DNA of 53,790 bases from the NCBI GenBank assembly GCA_964540055.1, contig CAZILC010000009.1, forward strand, positions 1 through 53,790, given 5' to 3'. This DNA is from an uncultured Gammaproteobacteria bacterium (lineage in GTDB: Bacteria; Patescibacteriota; Microgenomatia; Levybacterales; UBA12049). Position 1 is the first letter of the stretch; each line of letters opens with the position of its first letter. The translations under genes and the position numbers were made by a program. The notes beneath the pieces are model-generated. The model had not been told where the DNA came from. It was given only the letters and a program-made list of their open reading frames with translations, and did not search any database. Shown one piece after another: positions 10,506 to 19,185 of the stretch.

Positions 10506-11945
10506 ATGGTAATCAGTGATGCTCCTCTAAAAAATTCTCTTGAGATATCTTATGACCAACTCGAGGAAATGAATCTAGAACTCAAAGCAAAAGCTGACTC
10601 GTTAACTCCAAAAGCTCTCCAAAAAGAACACATCGCTTATTTAGAAAAAGAAAATCGTATAAAAGCTGTTACTGTTTGTTTCACCGATATAGAAGGCAGA
10701 TTTCAGATGCTGGATTACGACAAAAAATTCTTGTTGGAGTCTCTTGAAAACTTAACGTTTGATGGTTCTTCAATAAGAGGATTCTCAGCCCAACACGAAT
10801 CTGATTTACGATTGAATATTGATTGGTCTTCGATTAGACTGCTTCCGGCTGATGTTTTTGGACCGGGTAAAATTTTTGTTTTTGCATCGGTTTTAGGACG
10901 AGATAGAAAACCGTACATCTCAGATTTTCGCGGTCAACTAAAGCATTACACCGATGAATTAAAGACAAAAACTGGTATCACTGCGTACGGCTCAACGGAA
11001 ATTGAAGGATTTGTTGTTGATGGAATTCATGCAGAGCAGCAATATCTGTCAACGAGCGGTTTCAAACTTATTTCCACAGGGGGATATTTTCATTCCTTAC
11101 CTTTGGATAAACTAAAAGAATTCATTGACCGCTCAACTGATGCACAACGTGCCATGGGTTTTAGAAATGAAAAAGATCATCCGGAAGTTGCTCCTTCACA
11201 GTTTGAAATGAATTTCTCCTATACAGATGTTCTCAGAGCTGCCGATCAGGTGCAGTTATACAAACTCGTCTGTCGACAAGTTGCACGAAATATGGGACTG
11301 ACCGCAACATTCTTACCAAAACCCGTGATGGGGATCAATGGCTCAGGCATGCATACTAATTTTTCTATAGCGAAAAATGGTAAAAACATTTTTTATGACG
11401 CAAATGGACAAGATGGTTTATCGAAAGTTGCCTGGAGTTATATCTCACGAATCTTAAATCATGCACCGGAAATTTGTTTGATTCTTAATAGTTCAGTTAA
11501 TGCGTATCGCCGCCTCGACCCGCATTTTGAAGCACCAAATCAAATCAAAGTCTCACCTATTGATCGTGGATCTATGATACGAATACCAGTTGCGAATGAA
11601 AAAACAGCAAGAATTGAGATCCGTTCAGTTGCACCAGATGCAAATCCTTATCTCGTTTTCTATACCATTTTAAAAACCGGCAATGAAGGCAATCAACTAA
11701 AAACAGATGAAGTAAAACGTCCAAGGCTTCGATTCCTTCCTGACAATATCAATGACGCAATAAGACTGTTCAAGCAAAGTAACTTCATAACTTCACTAAT
11801 TGGCGAAGAAAATAAGGAAAAATATATTGCATATAAGCAGATCGCTGCTGATAGAAGCCCTAAAGCGCTTGGTGTACATATCAAGGAGTCTGAAATTATT
11901 TACCACCATGAAGTTACCAATCAGGTCCTCTGGAATATGTTCTGA
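10506..11945 (+). CDS. glnA: Glutamine synthetase (type I-like)
   Basis: FDGSSIRGF, EIEGF, HPEVAPSQFE, ATFLPKP, GINGSGMHTN, NAYRRL, FEAP, RGSMIRIP, RIEIRS, DANPYL. Confidence 0.93.
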   Translation: MVISDAPLKNSLEISYDQLEEMNLELKAKADSLTPKALQKEHIAYLEKENRIKAVTVCFTDIEGRFQMLDYDKKFLLESLENLTFDGSSIRGFSAQHESDLRLNIDWSSIRLLPADVFGPGKIFVFASVLGRDRKPYISDFRGQLKHYTDELKTKTGITAYGSTEIEGFVVDGIHAEQQYLSTSGFKLISTGGYFHSLPLDKLKEFIDRSTDAQRAMGFRNEKDHPEVAPSQFEMNFSYTDVLRAADQVQLYKLVCRQVARNMGLTATFLPKPVMGINGSGMHTNFSIAKNGKNIFYDANGQDGLSKVAWSYISRILNHAPEICLILNSSVNAYRRLDPHFEAPNQIKVSPIDRGSMIRIPVANEKTARIEIRSVAPDANPYLVFYTILKTGNEGNQLKTDEVKRPRLRFLPDNINDAIRLFKQSNFITSLIGEENKEKYIAYKQIAADRSPKALGVHIKESEIIYHHEVTNQVLWNMF

Positions 11946-12009
11946 GAGTATTTCTGCAATTTATTGTCTTCCAAAGCTAAATAAGGTAAAATAATCCCAT
12001 AGCTAACTC

Positions 12010-12082
12010 GGCCCCATCGTCTAGTGGTCTAGGACAGTGGATTCTCATTCCACTAACCGGGATTCGAATTCCCGTGGGGTCA
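12010..12082 (+). tRNA. tRNA-Glu (anticodon CTC), CCA not encoded
   Basis: Acceptor GGCCCCA/TGGGGTC, D arm GTCT-AGTGGTCT-AGGAC, anticodon arm GTGGA-TTCTCAT-TCCAC, T arm CGGGA-TTCGAAT-TCCCG. Confidence 0.95.
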
Positions 12083-12178
12083 CAAAATGCTGATTGGACA
12101 ACTTATATTAATTTCTCTATTTCTTCGTGGTTATTTTGGTTTCAATTAATAGGCAAGAATCTATAGAAAGCACCTTTG

Positions 12179-13789
12179 TTATTGTGATTGATTTAATTTA
12201 TCAGCAAGTGCATTTATTTCATTGGCAAGAGAAGCATCATTTTTTACCATTTGGTTCTCAGAGGCGTTTAGCCACTGATTCGCTTGCATTTTTGTAAGCA
12301 CTGTTGATACATTGGCAATTCTTTGTGCAACAAGTTCATTAATCCGGTCAACATCAGCTTTATGTTGTCCATAAAAATCTGCATTATCTTTTAAAGCTGC
12401 CCAACCTGGTTGGATACCTTGGAGATTTGCAAGTGCAGTTTGCCAACTTTGAACATCCGATTGGGAATAATTTGGTGGAACATATCCAGCAAAGTGCTGA
12501 ACTATAATTTGTGTAGGACAACCATTTATTTGACCCTCAACTTCTGATATACCAACTTCATCATAGTCCTTATTTAATAAAAACTTCTGCGTGTCAGGGA
12601 AGGAAAATTGATTGTCAATAAATTCATCAGCAGTAAAATATCCTTGAGTTGTAGATTCACCATATTCTGGATCAGAAAAGCCAACTTCATTCATTGCCTG
12701 AAGCATAGTATAACCGCTTTTTTTTCCTTCAAACGAAAAATCGTCATATTTAATAATCATCTCACCTCGTTTTTGGGCAGTCTGTTCAAGTTTGTCTTCA
12801 TACTTTAATTCCGGAACTCCTGCTTCTTTTCTTTTTTTATTTAATAACTTCAGAAATTCTTGTTTATCAAGTTTTATCTTTGATGCACTGTCAAAATCTT
12901 TGCTAGTATCACGCCAGTATTTATCCCATATTCCTTTTTGAGCTGCTAATGTCAAAACATTTTGAATGTCCGAAACATCTACAAATCCAAATTCACGCGA
13001 ATCGCCACTTCCCTTTCTGTTGTCTCCCATCACAAAAACTTTACCCGTAGGAACAGTAATTCTTTTACATTCACTAAGAAATTCTTCGCCAAATGTCGTT
13101 TGCGGGCCTGCAGTGTACGGTTCTTTCAGTGGTTTCCCGTTAAGATACACAATACCACCCCTCAATTCCAATGTATCTCCTGATAATCCAATGACTCTTT
13201 TAACAAATCCACTCGGTGATCCATATTGTTTGCGTGAGATTTCGTCAGTTTTTTTATTTTCAAATATAACAATATCCCCTCGCTCTAAAGTATGGTTGAA
13301 AAATTGCGTGCCAAATACTCGAAATCCTGTCGGATATCGGTTGAACTCTGGTGTTACGACTACTTGTCCAAAATTTTCTTTATCTGACGCCCCTGTACCT
13401 TTTGGGAATGTCGGAGACATTGAACCAGTTCCGAAAATATTCTCCATTATCGGTGAATACCCAAATAATCCACCGTACAAATTGACAAATATAACAAAGG
13501 CCAATATATATGCACCAACCCAAATAGGCATTAATAAAACATTAAAAACAGTTGCGGCGAAAAAAATTAGACGGCTATGTATTCTTTTTTTTGTTTCACG
13601 GTGACTATATATCTGCCGTAACATAAAAAAAGGAAAAATTGTAACTATGCCGCAGATTTTAAACAAGAAAAATATTTTTTTCGCTAAAGAAAAAAATAAA
13701 CGCCATAGGAGAATTTTTCTGAAAAAGGACGCAAAATCGGGAAGACCCCATAGGGCATATAACCTCAATTGTCCAAGTAGCTGAGCCAT
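12179..13789 (-). CDS. lepB: Signal peptidase I (S26) fused to CAP/SCP-like domain
   Basis: GTGSMSPT (Ser), FVKRVIG (Lys), MGDNRKGSGDSREFG; then LNKKRKEAG..LKYEDKLEQTAQKR..LLNKDYDEVGI..IVQHFA (CAP-like). Confidence 0.8.
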   Translation of the reverse strand: MAQLLGQLRLYALWGLPDFASFFRKILLWRLFFSLAKKIFFLFKICGIVTIFPFFMLRQIYSHRETKKRIHSRLIFFAATVFNVLLMPIWVGAYILAFVIFVNLYGGLFGYSPIMENIFGTGSMSPTFPKGTGASDKENFGQVVVTPEFNRYPTGFRVFGTQFFNHTLERGDIVIFENKKTDEISRKQYGSPSGFVKRVIGLSGDTLELRGGIVYLNGKPLKEPYTAGPQTTFGEEFLSECKRITVPTGKVFVMGDNRKGSGDSREFGFVDVSDIQNVLTLAAQKGIWDKYWRDTSKDFDSASKIKLDKQEFLKLLNKKRKEAGVPELKYEDKLEQTAQKRGEMIIKYDDFSFEGKKSGYTMLQAMNEVGFSDPEYGESTTQGYFTADEFIDNQFSFPDTQKFLLNKDYDEVGISEVEGQINGCPTQIIVQHFAGYVPPNYSQSDVQSWQTALANLQGIQPGWAALKDNADFYGQHKADVDRINELVAQRIANVSTVLTKMQANQWLNASENQMVKNDASLANEINALADKLNQSQ

Positions 13790-13795
13790 GGCTGG

Positions 13796-13824
13796 ATTTT
13801 ACCACAGACATCCTCTAGCGTCAA
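13796..13824 (-). promoter_or_regulatory. sigma70 promoter positioned for a leaderless transcript
   Basis: TTGACG, 17 nt, TAAAAT, 6 nt, ATG (13789). Confidence 0.65.
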
Positions 13825-13845
13825 CCTATAGGTCTTTATTAAGGA

Positions 13846-14655
13846 CTAATTTTTCTTTGAAAGCAGTTTTGAAAAAAATGATTTTTTATCTTTCAAGATC
13901 TTCCCTGATAACCAAAAAGTTCCAGATACATAACCTCCAACAACAGGCTTTTTGTTAAGTAATGATGGATCAGTAACTATATCTATCTCCCCACCTAAAG
14001 TATCAACTATCATCCATATAAATGAATTCTCTGTAAATTCATTTTTCCTCTCCTCAAATTTGATTATTCTACCTGTAAATTTTGCTACCGCTTGTTCCCT
14101 TTTGCCTTTACTGACAAATGAGCCTATTGGAATAAATGAATTAGAAGCGAATTGAAGAGGCTTTCCTTCCTTATTCTTACCTCCTAATTGAGCAATATCA
14201 CTTTTGTAGTATTCCTTTTCTATATCAAAACATTCAATTTTTTCTGCAAATGCAGTTAATTGAATATTTGTAAGGTAGGGGAAATCAAAATTAGGTACTG
14301 TATAAAAGTGAGGCGATTCAAACAAAAAGGGATACTGACCAGTTTCAGGATTTTCGTCAACGGGATCAGCCCATGCTTTAAATGATCCATCTAGAGTTCC
14401 CTCATGTCCCGTTGCCGAGTAAATAATACTAACTTTTCTAGAAGATTCTCCTAAAAATCCAGGCGTCATACCTATAACTTCACCTTGATCATTTAATTGA
14501 AGCCAAAGTTCTGCACCAGATTTAAGTTGCCACTTTATATATGAACCATTATATGCACCAACCCGTTTACCTTTCTCAAAAGTATGTTGAGCAATTTGCA
14601 TAAATTCGGATTGATCTTTAACGTTAAAACCAATATCCGATAAATGACTTACCAT
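13846..14655 (-). CDS. Conserved-looking hypothetical protein
   Basis: 269-aa globular ORF with leaderless promoter (TGcTATAAT, 7 nt, ATG); no confident family. Confidence 0.7.
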   Translation of the reverse strand: MVSHLSDIGFNVKDQSEFMQIAQHTFEKGKRVGAYNGSYIKWQLKSGAELWLQLNDQGEVIGMTPGFLGESSRKVSIIYSATGHEGTLDGSFKAWADPVDENPETGQYPFLFESPHFYTVPNFDFPYLTNIQLTAFAEKIECFDIEKEYYKSDIAQLGGKNKEGKPLQFASNSFIPIGSFVSKGKREQAVAKFTGRIIKFEERKNEFTENSFIWMIVDTLGGEIDIVTDPSLLNKKPVVGGYVSGTFWLSGKILKDKKSFFSKLLSKKN

Positions 14656-14693
14656 AGCTGAGATTATAGCATAAATAAATCTTATAGTGTATA

Positions 14694-15017
14694 ATGCCCA
14701 TGAATATGGAATTACTTGGCAACTTATTCGGGACTATATTGCCCATCGCCTTTTTAATAGTAATTGGTTTCTTTCTATTTACAAATAAAGGTCGAAGCAT
14801 TGGTAGAAATTTGGCCTTTGGAGAGGTCATCGAAGATTATGGCATCATTGGTGAAGAGTTTGGCGGAAAACAAAAGTATATACTGCTTAAGTGTAAAAAG
14901 AATCTTGAAACATTCTATGTCCTAGAAGTACAAAGAAGCGGTTTTGGCTCTTATAAAGTTGATATGTTTAAACTAAACCAAGAGACTACCCAAAATCTTC
15001 AAACCTTACTTAGATAA
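14694..15017 (+). CDS. Small hypothetical membrane protein (true start probably 14700 or 14706)
   Basis: N-terminal TM helix; TATAAT at 14690-95 overlaps the first ATG. Confidence 0.6.
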   Translation: MPMNMELLGNLFGTILPIAFLIVIGFFLFTNKGRSIGRNLAFGEVIEDYGIIGEEFGGKQKYILLKCKKNLETFYVLEVQRSGFGSYKVDMFKLNQETTQNLQTLLR

Positions 15018-15044
15018 TGCGTCGGAGAGAAAATTAAGTCGATA

Positions 15045-15636
15045 TTAACTTTTTGCAATTATCACCTGATGTTTTTCTCCTCCAGATCCATCTATCTCAT
15101 TTAATACTATTTCAAAACCTGCTTTCTCTACCATCTCACTATTTTTCTCTGCCCCATAATGGCTCCAAAACATTTCCGCACCATGAAAATTCTCTTTTCC
15201 TTCCCACTCACTTGCACCCATGGTAATTAATAGAGCACCTCCATTTGGCATAAAAGAAGCAAATGTTTTGAACATTTCTTGATGTCTTTCCCGAGGTGTA
15301 TGAAAAATTGCATAAAATGAAACTATGCCATTAACACAGTACTCACCTTCTTGTAATGATGACATATCCTTCACTTCGTAAAACGCCTGAGGAACGTTCT
15401 TTTTTGCCAATGCAATCATCCGTTCAGAGATATCAATACCATTTACGGCAAAACCATTTTTTACTAGAAATTCATCAACCGGTTTCCCAGCGCCACAACC
15501 GACATCAAGCACCGTTTTTCCTGTATCTACTAATGTACTAAAAATCTTTAAGTATTCTAAACTTTCAAACTGACCTCTACTACTAGTAGTTATCAGCAGC
15601 TTTATTGTAACCTTTTTTAACAAAGTCGTTAGTCAT
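15045..15636 (-). pseudogene. Class I SAM-dependent methyltransferase, frameshifted near the N-terminus
   Basis: ATG 15636 gives MTNDFVKKGYNKAADNY then TAG TAG TAG; the catalytic body (VLDVGCGAG, GIDIS) continues in another frame. Confidence 0.7.
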
Positions 15637-15651
15637 ATTGTAAATAGTTAT

Positions 15652-15732
15652 TCATTTCACTTCCTTTACCTCTCTGATATTCTTGAAACCATCTACTTGT
15701 TCCGCAATCTGTTGTCCTGACCGTACCATCAT
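15652..15732 (-). pseudogene. 26-aa ORF / gene remnant similar to C-terminus of ORF 20350-20910
   Basis: MMVRSGQQIAEQVDGFKNIREVKEVK vs LRSGQQISEQVDTFQEFQEARGN. Confidence 0.6.
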
Positions 15733-15738
15733 GCTTCG

Positions 15739-15767
15739 ATTATATTAAGCTCTTCTCACAACGTCAA
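15739..15767 (-). promoter_or_regulatory. Near-consensus sigma70 promoter, leaderless
   Basis: TTGACG, 17 nt, TATAAT, 6 nt, ATG (15732). Confidence 0.7.
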
Positions 15768-15805
15768 CCTTAATGTAGTCAAAAAAAACTGTTATGTAAA
15801 ACACT

Positions 15806-15833
15806 AAAATCCTCACCGACGTTGGTGAGGATT
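15806..15833 (-). terminator. Intrinsic-terminator-like hairpin
   Basis: AATCCTCACC-aacgtc-GGTGAGGATT followed by short T run on minus strand. Confidence 0.5.
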
Positions 15834-16046
15834 AACATGATGATTTAAGGCTAAAATCGACGAAATTTATATCGCCTACCTTTACCAATAAGGGAGTAGG
15901 TTGGGGTAGGCAAATAGTAAGTACCATAGCAAATGACTTTTCTAAACAGCAATTCTTCTTTATATCTGTGAGTATACTTCACAGCTTCTTATAGGTTTAT
16001 AAATTAAATAAAGTTAACGCATATAATCTCTGCTACAATATTTCCA

Positions 16047-18026
16047 ATGGAACAAAATAGCAAAGCAAATAGATTACATGCCCTTGATGGATTACGGGGT
16101 TTGGCAATTATATTAGTTTTTTTAAGTCATATTAACGCAACGTTCATCAATCGATCAAACTTCATAGAAAGCTATATTTTTGAAAGTGGCGTTCTTGGAG
16201 TAACCTTCTTATTTATCCTATCAGGTTTTTTAATGGCTTATTTGTATCCTCAAACCCAAAATAAAATGGCATTCTTACAAAAAAGATATACCCGTATATT
16301 CCCTCTTTTTTTAAGCATGTGTACGATTAATTTTATTCTTAGTTTCATGCCCACTGCTCAATGGTATATTGTTCTAGGAGTACTACTGAGTATCGCTATT
16401 TTTTCGCATAGTATTTGGGTTTTTATCGTAAAGCGATATGTACTAGGTAACTTCACTAAAATAATTTTCTATGCCTTTATTGGCATTCAGATACTAACTG
16501 GAATGTTCTATTTGTGGATTGTGAGTCATCCTGCGGTTTTTTATTATCAACAACTCCCCCTGATAACCCGAGCTTTTACAAATTATTTCGTTAATGCTAC
16601 GTTAACATTTCCCATAGGCAAATATGTTACGATGCTTGATCCTGTATATTGGAGTCTTGCCGCTGAAGTATTATTTTATATTCTGTACCCGTTTATTTGC
16701 GTTCCAATCATATCCTATATGTCAAACAGAAATAAAGGCACAAAAATAGTACTACTAATCTGTCTTATCCCCTTCTTTTTGAGCATTTATATGGTCTCAC
16801 AACATATTTTGTATCTCAGTCTTTTTCGATTTCAATTATTTTATTACTTTGTTACCGGAATGACACTCGGTTATGTATATCGAAAGACTCCAGATACCAT
16901 TTCTAAAATGAAACATTTGTTCCCCAAAGGATTCTCTTTTCTAAGTATAATCGTGTTCTTTGGATGTATCTACCTTGCACATACTTTGGGGCAGAATAAC
17001 CAAACGCTTGAGATATGGCTTGAGATTTTCTTTGCGCTTCCATTTACTTTTCTTGTGGCAGTAGCATTATCCCATGATACTGCATTAGCAAAATTTTTCC
17101 GCTCAAAAATGCTTGTCTATATTGGGACTATTAGCTATTCGTTGTATCTTAGCCATATGTTGGTATTAAATACAATGATTCATGTAACACATCAGCCAAA
17201 TTCTGCAATTACTACGTTTTTTTATATACTTCTAACCTTTGGAATATCTATTCTCCTTTCAAGTGTTTTATATTTTCTGCTTGAAAGACCATACTTTATA
17301 CGTAAATATGCAGAGAAAAAATCAGGAGTATTTCTTTATACACCCAACAGAAATATACCAATACTCTTTGGAAGTATTTCATTGGGACTTTTACTTCTCA
17401 TCTTTATCATTTATCAATCTAATGTAAATTTTTTTACTCTTGCTCAGCCAGAAAATAATGCTATAGTTATCCCGAAAAATGCAGATCCTTTAATATCATT
17501 GAGCAAGAATGCATCGGTAACAATGCAATTTACTGCTGCTTATAACAATTTGGGTATTATGACGCTTCATCTGTTACACAATTCACTACCAAATAAAAAA
17601 TTTGTTCCCCAACAATATACCTTTCAAATTAAAGAAAAAGGGGCAGCCAATTGGTATTCAACTTCTACATTTTATATAACACACCCAACAGATATGTTAC
17701 CTGTATCCTATGGTTTTCCTGTCATTAGTAATGCAGCAGGAAAGACGTATATTGTTTCATTATCCCAACTCGTTCCTTCATCTTCTGAATATATTTTGTT
17801 AGATAATGAAAAAAACAGTATGGATGGTGTTTACTTTATTAATAAAAAAACTATTATTACAAATCCCCAGCAATTAATTACTTTCCTGGAAAATAAATTT
17901 TTAACGGTTATCAACACTAATGAAGCTCTGAAAGAAATTGAACTAGCTCTCCCCTTTATTCTTTTTAGTTTGTATGTATACAGCACATCTATTCGGATTA
18001 TAAAATTAAAAAGTACCAAAAGATGA
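16047..18026 (+). CDS. Acyltransferase-3 membrane O-acyltransferase, paralog of 1155-3134
   Basis: LDGLRGLAI, FLFILSGFL, KRYTRIFP, YWSLAAEVLFY, IGTISYSLYLSH, LLERP. Confidence 0.85.
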   Translation: MEQNSKANRLHALDGLRGLAIILVFLSHINATFINRSNFIESYIFESGVLGVTFLFILSGFLMAYLYPQTQNKMAFLQKRYTRIFPLFLSMCTINFILSFMPTAQWYIVLGVLLSIAIFSHSIWVFIVKRYVLGNFTKIIFYAFIGIQILTGMFYLWIVSHPAVFYYQQLPLITRAFTNYFVNATLTFPIGKYVTMLDPVYWSLAAEVLFYILYPFICVPIISYMSNRNKGTKIVLLICLIPFFLSIYMVSQHILYLSLFRFQLFYYFVTGMTLGYVYRKTPDTISKMKHLFPKGFSFLSIIVFFGCIYLAHTLGQNNQTLEIWLEIFFALPFTFLVAVALSHDTALAKFFRSKMLVYIGTISYSLYLSHMLVLNTMIHVTHQPNSAITTFFYILLTFGISILLSSVLYFLLERPYFIRKYAEKKSGVFLYTPNRNIPILFGSISLGLLLLIFIIYQSNVNFFTLAQPENNAIVIPKNADPLISLSKNASVTMQFTAAYNNLGIMTLHLLHNSLPNKKFVPQQYTFQIKEKGAANWYSTSTFYITHPTDMLPVSYGFPVISNAAGKTYIVSLSQLVPSSSEYILLDNEKNSMDGVYFINKKTIITNPQQLITFLENKFLTVINTNEALKEIELALPFILFSLYVYSTSIRIIKLKSTKR

Positions 18027-18128
18027 CGTTTTATTCATTCACCACACGACTTGCAGTAATGTAATTACATGCACAATCATTACATATATTCGTTATAATG
18101 AATTGTGGATTGAAGTTAGATTACTTGT

Positions 18129-18269
18129 ATGGGAAAGGTATTCAGAGGAATCAAATCTATTATAGTCGTAATCGAAATAATCGGCGCCATGCTGAGTGCT
18201 ATTTTTTTCGTTATTGAAAAATTCAGAGACATGAAAAAAATGCACAAACCCCAGACTCCGACCACATAA
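18129..18269 (+). CDS. Candidate 46-aa single-TM small protein
   Basis: MGKVFRGIKSIIVVIEIIGAMLSAIFFVIEKFRDMKKMHKPQTPTT; TATAAT about 30 nt upstream; not in ORF track. Confidence 0.4.
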   Translation: MGKVFRGIKSIIVVIEIIGAMLSAIFFVIEKFRDMKKMHKPQTPTT

Positions 18270-18532
18270 TACAAGTGGATAAAAAATAATTTCTTCCAGA
18301 AAAAAATTTTTGGGTACAAAAAAGAGTGGGGCTAGCTAAAATTACATCGTATTAAACGACAATTCCCGCGGATTACTACTCATTATTTCTGCCTAAGTAG
18401 TCCAACGGGTTTGTCTATTTTTGATTACCTGAACTTATCTATTACTTATAATAGTGAAAGGATGTAAGAGATACCTACTGATGAGAGTAAGAAGGAAGTA
18501 TGGAGAATAGCTCAAAATAAATCTTCCGATTT

Positions 18533-18913
18533 TTATTTCTTGGAATGTGTTTTCAGCCATGCAGAGATTTCTTCAATCTCCGGATGAGAATTCTCTATAT
18601 AAAGCGCATATTCCACTACCTCTTTTTGTGTTGCATCAAAGATATATCCATCTAATTCTAAAAATGTCATAACGGCAAACATTGCCGTTCTTTTGTTACC
18701 ATCTACAAATTGATGATTCATAAGAAGTGAGTGCACCAATGCTGCTGCTTTATCAAAAATTGATTGGTAAAGATCGATACCATCAAACGTTGCTTGCGGA
18801 CGCTTTACTGCTGATTCCAAAAGTCCTAAATCACGCAATCCATGTGAACCACCAAACTCATCAATTGCAATACTGTGTAAAAGCAGAATATCTGCAACTG
18901 TCAGGTATTTCAT
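18533..18913 (-). CDS. doc: Doc (death-on-curing) family Fic-fold toxin
   Basis: MKYLT..LLHS..GG.HGLRDLGLLESAVKRP..KAAAL..NHQFVDGNKRTA. Confidence 0.9.
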   Translation of the reverse strand: MKYLTVADILLLHSIAIDEFGGSHGLRDLGLLESAVKRPQATFDGIDLYQSIFDKAAALVHSLLMNHQFVDGNKRTAMFAVMTFLELDGYIFDATQKEVVEYALYIENSHPEIEEISAWLKTHSKK

Positions 18914-18920
18914 AATGGGG

Positions 18921-19163
18921 TTATTTTTTGGCGAGTTCGGCAAATGCACCTTTATATCTCTTTAAGAGGCTTTTTGCAACTTTATATACTTCAGGGTCTA
19001 TTACTTCATCCACTATCTCCTGCGGATTAAAATCAATAATTAATCGTTTTTTGTCAGGTTCGAACTGCACCTTTGCCACGTCAACGTCCCCGACTTGTTT
19101 TAATACTTGGCTTGAAATGGTAATTGCTTTTGAATTTCCTACATTTATTAATTTCTGCATCAT
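18921..19163 (-). CDS. AbrB/MazE-type antitoxin
   Basis: QKLINVGNSKAITI N-terminus; C-terminal ..LLKRYKGAFAELAKK; directly upstream of doc. Confidence 0.8.
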   Translation of the reverse strand: MMQKLINVGNSKAITISSQVLKQVGDVDVAKVQFEPDKKRLIIDFNPQEIVDEVIDPEVYKVAKSLLKRYKGAFAELAKK

Positions 19164-19164
19164 A

Positions 19165-19185
19165 TTATAACGATGTTATAACGAT
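19165..19185. promoter_or_regulatory. Probable TA autorepression operator
   Basis: TTATAACGAT-G-TTATAACGAT direct repeat containing palindrome GTTATAAC, between TTGACA and the antitoxin start. Confidence 0.5.

Noticed and set aside
12966-13604. 212-aa plus-strand ORF, and the other antisense ORFs over lon, kinases and GT genes
   Set aside because: Antisense shadows of well-supported genes; no motifs
15577-15585. TAG TAG TAG as stop-codon recoding
   Set aside because: The in-frame continuation is non-homologous and hits TGA; a frameshift explains it, and other genes use code 11 normally
15966-15984. CTGTGA-GTATACT-TCACAG as a second CRP box
   Set aside because: Spacer is 7 nt, not 6; could be another operator or a hairpin
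18477-18518. Hammerhead-like CTGATGA-GAG...CTC-AAAA
   Set aside because: Invariant GAAA is absent and no stems I/III were found
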